In this document: piece by piece, positions 61,932 to 64,000 of the stretch | Position numbering within the stretch: the stretch's first letter is position 1 | How the letters are laid out: the number at the start of each line of letters is the position of its first letter | From: Candidatus Oscillibacter excrementavium | Lineage (GTDB): Bacteria > Bacillota > Clostridia > Oscillospirales > Oscillospiraceae | Direction of reading: 5' to 3' | Length of the DNA: 64,000 nucleotides | NCBI GenBank assembly: GCA_019118505.1 | Contig: DWYU01000084.1 | Location: 11,563-75,562, forward strand | The notes under the pieces: generated by a model | What the model was told of the DNA's origin: nothing | What the model saw: only the letters and a program-made list of their open reading frames with translations | Database searches by the model: none | Translations under genes and position numbers: made by a program

Positions 61932-62548
61932 GCCTGGAGGCCAAGAACATCACCTTCCGCTATCCCCGCCGGGGCCAGCGGCCGGTGCTGGAGCACGTCA
62001 GCCTTGTCCTGGAGCCCGGGGAGCGGCTGGGGCTGTCCGCCCCCAGCGGCCGGGGCAAGACCACCCTCTGCCGGCTCCTGGCGGGATACCAGCGGCCTGC
62101 GGACGGCCAGGTCCTGCTGGACGGGGAGCCTCTGTCCCGGTACCGGGGGGCCTGCCCGGTGCAGATGATCTGGCAGCACCCGGAGACGGCCCTGGACCCG
62201 CTCCTGCCGCTGGAGGCCTCGCTGCATGAGGCCGGCCCGGTGGAGGAGCGCCTGCTGGAGGCCCTCCACATCCAGCCCCAGTGGCTCCGCCGGTATCCCC
62301 AGGAACTCTCCGGCGGGGAACTCCAGCGGTTCTGCATCGCCCGGGCCCTGGGGCCCCGGACCCGCTATCTGCTGTGCGACGAGATCACCGCCATGCTGGA
62401 CCAGATCACCCAGGCCCAGATCTGGCAGTTCCTGCTGGAGGAGGCCCGCCGGCGGGAGCTGGGGCTCCTGATCGTCAGCCACAACAGCGCCCTGCTGGAG
62501 CGGCTCTGCGGCCGGATCGTGACCCTGCCGCCGGCAGGACCCCCCTGA
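61928..62548 (+). CDS. NikE/DppF-like ATPase
   Basis: APSGRGKTT, QHPE, LSGGELQR, DEITAMLD. Confidence 0.85.
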   Translation: MSLEAKNITFRYPRRGQRPVLEHVSLVLEPGERLGLSAPSGRGKTTLCRLLAGYQRPADGQVLLDGEPLSRYRGACPVQMIWQHPETALDPLLPLEASLHEAGPVEERLLEALHIQPQWLRRYPQELSGGELQRFCIARALGPRTRYLLCDEITAMLDQITQAQIWQFLLEEARRRELGLLIVSHNSALLERLCGRIVTLPPAGPP

Positions 62549-62567
62549 GCGGGAAAGAGAGCGGGAG

Positions 62568-62612
62568 AAAAACCGCCCCCGGAGAACGCAGTTCTCCGGG
62601 GGCGGTTCTTCT
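62568..62612. terminator. Bidirectional terminator
   Basis: aaccgccccc-ggagaac-gca-gttctcc-ggggggcggtt, between convergent operons. Confidence 0.7.
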
Positions 62613-62649
62613 GTTCAGGAGGAGTTCCGAATGGGACCGCGCGGCGCAC

Positions 62650-63579
62650 TCAGTCCTCCGGCAGCTTCCAGTTGAAGGTTTTCAGATAGGGGGCGGAGAC
62701 CCGGCGGCGGAAGTCGTCCATGTCCCGCTGCCGCCAGTCATAGACGCCCACGCCGGTCTTGTAGCCCAGGTCGCCCCGGTCCAGCCGCTCCTGGATGAAG
62801 GGCTGCACCGCAGTGTCATTGCACAGGTCCGGGTAGAGGTACGTCTCGATGTTGGCGATCAGGTCCAGGCCCGCGTAGTCAAAGTGGTCGAACAGGCCGA
62901 TGGAGGTATAGCGGGGGCCCCAGCTGGAGCGGATGCACTTGTCGATGTCCTCCGGCCCGCAGATCCCCTGCTCCACCATGTAGACAGCCTCCCGGTACAG
63001 GGCGTGCTGGAGGCGGTTGGCGATGAAGCCGGGGGCCGGCTTGTTCATCCGGCACACCTCCCGGCCGCAGTGCTCCAGCAGGGCGGAGACAGCCTCCAGC
63101 GCCTCCGGATCGGTGAAGTCGTTTTTCACCAGCTCCACACAGGGGACGATGTGGGGCGGGTTGTAGGGATGGGCCACCATGACCTTCTCCGGGGCGGACA
63201 TGCCCTTGGCCAGGTCCGCCGGCGAGATGGCGGAGGTGGTGGAGGCGATGGCCTTCAGATGGGGGCAGTTGGCCTCGATCTGGCGGTAGACCTCGTACTT
63301 GACCTCCAGCTTCTCCGTGACACACTCAAAGACGATCTCCACGTCCGCCAGGTCCTGGTAGGACTCCGTGAAGGACAGCCGCCGCTCGCAGGCGGCCGCC
63401 TGCCGCTCTGTCACCAGGCCCTGGCCCATCAGGTCCCGGTAATAGGTGCGGTATTTCTCCAGGCCCACGTCCGCGTTTTTGGCCAGCACGATGGTGGGGA
63501 TCCCGTTGCCGGTGAATAGCACCGCCATGCTGATGCCGATCATGCCTTTGCCGATGATGGCGACAGAGCGTTCCGTCAT
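62650..63579 (-). CDS. 3-hydroxyacyl-CoA dehydrogenase family protein (carnitine/gulonate dehydrogenase-like)
   Basis: GKGMIG, ECVTEKLEVK, STTSAI, HPYNPP, PGFIANRLQ. Confidence 0.85.
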   Translation of the reverse strand: MTERSVAIIGKGMIGISMAVLFTGNGIPTIVLAKNADVGLEKYRTYYRDLMGQGLVTERQAAACERRLSFTESYQDLADVEIVFECVTEKLEVKYEVYRQIEANCPHLKAIASTTSAISPADLAKGMSAPEKVMVAHPYNPPHIVPCVELVKNDFTDPEALEAVSALLEHCGREVCRMNKPAPGFIANRLQHALYREAVYMVEQGICGPEDIDKCIRSSWGPRYTSIGLFDHFDYAGLDLIANIETYLYPDLCNDTAVQPFIQERLDRGDLGYKTGVGVYDWRQRDMDDFRRRVSAPYLKTFNWKLPED

Positions 63580-63590
63580 ACTGCCACCTC

Positions 63591-64000
63591 TCACAGCTCC
63601 GCCTTGCGCATGAGGTAGTCATAGCACTTGCGGACATTGTTGGTCTGGACGTACTCCATGCACTCCGGCTGACCGATGTCCATGGGGCAGCGGTCCGCGA
63701 AGCTGATGCGCTCCACGCACTCCTCCTTGCTCCAGCCCTTTTCGATGCCCTCGCCCACGGCGGCCAGCCAGGCGTACAGGAACTGCTTGTTCTCCACGAT
63801 GCACTCCTTGCCCTTCACGGGGCCGTGGCCGGGGATGATGTAGTCCACATCCAGGCTCTGCAGCCAGTCCAGGCTGTGGAACAGATCGTCGAAGTCCACG
63901 CTGTGGAGCCAGATCTGGCAGGCGTTGAAGATGTTGTCGCCCACAAAGACGCACCGCTCCTGGGGGACATAGACGCTGGACTGCTCGGGGGAGTGGCCGG
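63591..64000 (-). CDS. MBL-fold metallo-hydrolase, 5'-truncated by the window edge
   Basis: Frame is open from the window end: PGHSPEQSSVY...FVGDN...IIPGHG. Confidence 0.75.
   Translation of the reverse strand, partial: GHSPEQSSVYVPQERCVFVGDNIFNACQIWLHSVDFDDLFHSLDWLQSLDVDYIIPGHGPVKGKECIVENKQFLYAWLAAVGEGIEKGWSKEECVERISFADRCPMDIGQPECMEYVQTNNVRKCYDYLMRKAEL

Noticed and set aside
63-63954. Many long antisense or alternative-frame ORFs (e.g. 36796-41061 +, 34119-36200 -, 48166-50523 -, 20300-22291 -)
   Set aside because: They shadow well-supported genes on the other strand or frame, are Gly/Ala/Arg/Pro-rich and lack motifs or RBS; expected in high-GC DNA.
1-64000. CRISPR array, rRNA/tRNA, transposase/integrase, DGR reverse transcriptase
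   Set aside because: No regularly spaced repeats, RNA gene signatures, DDE/Tyr/Ser recombinase or RT motifs were seen. The pilin duplicates differ at synonymous sites, not adenine-specifically.

Overview
High-GC (about 65%) Firmicute chromosomal DNA. Gene content and style suggest an Oscillospiraceae-like gut clostridium (inference). In order: (1) a complete trpEGDCFBA operon behind an attenuator hairpin; (2) an uncharacterised amino-acid catabolic/uptake cluster (DSD1-family PLP enzyme, aspartate-dehydrogenase-like protein, TSUP exporter, polar amino-acid ABC transporter, M20 amidohydrolase) carrying a duplicated promoter+attenuator module with ANTAR-like hairpins; (3) a complete 16 kb type IVa pilus locus led by a giant (~2,136 aa) pilin-anchored repeat protein that is broken by a nonsense codon and a frameshift, with three further minor pilins, MshEN-type PilB, PilT, PilC, tandem pilins, PilD and PilMNO, followed by a degenerate-GGDEF/EAL protein; (4) a cyclodeaminase/dehydratase/M20 operon; (5) a minus-strand cell-surface cluster (membrane-tethered ECF sigma factor with an extracellular domain, SLH-CAP protein, amber-interrupted SLH-serine hydrolase); (6) M18 aminopeptidase, asnB, a TetR-regulated heterodimeric ABC exporter, HxlR with two flavoproteins; (7) larE-larB-larC nickel-pincer cofactor genes co-operonic with a Nik/Opp-type ABC importer but no larA, behind a MerR-type promoter; (8) the end of a convergent operon. 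No CRISPR array, rRNA, tRNA, transposase or reverse transcriptase was seen. All assignments come from motif recognition by eye; no database searches were run.
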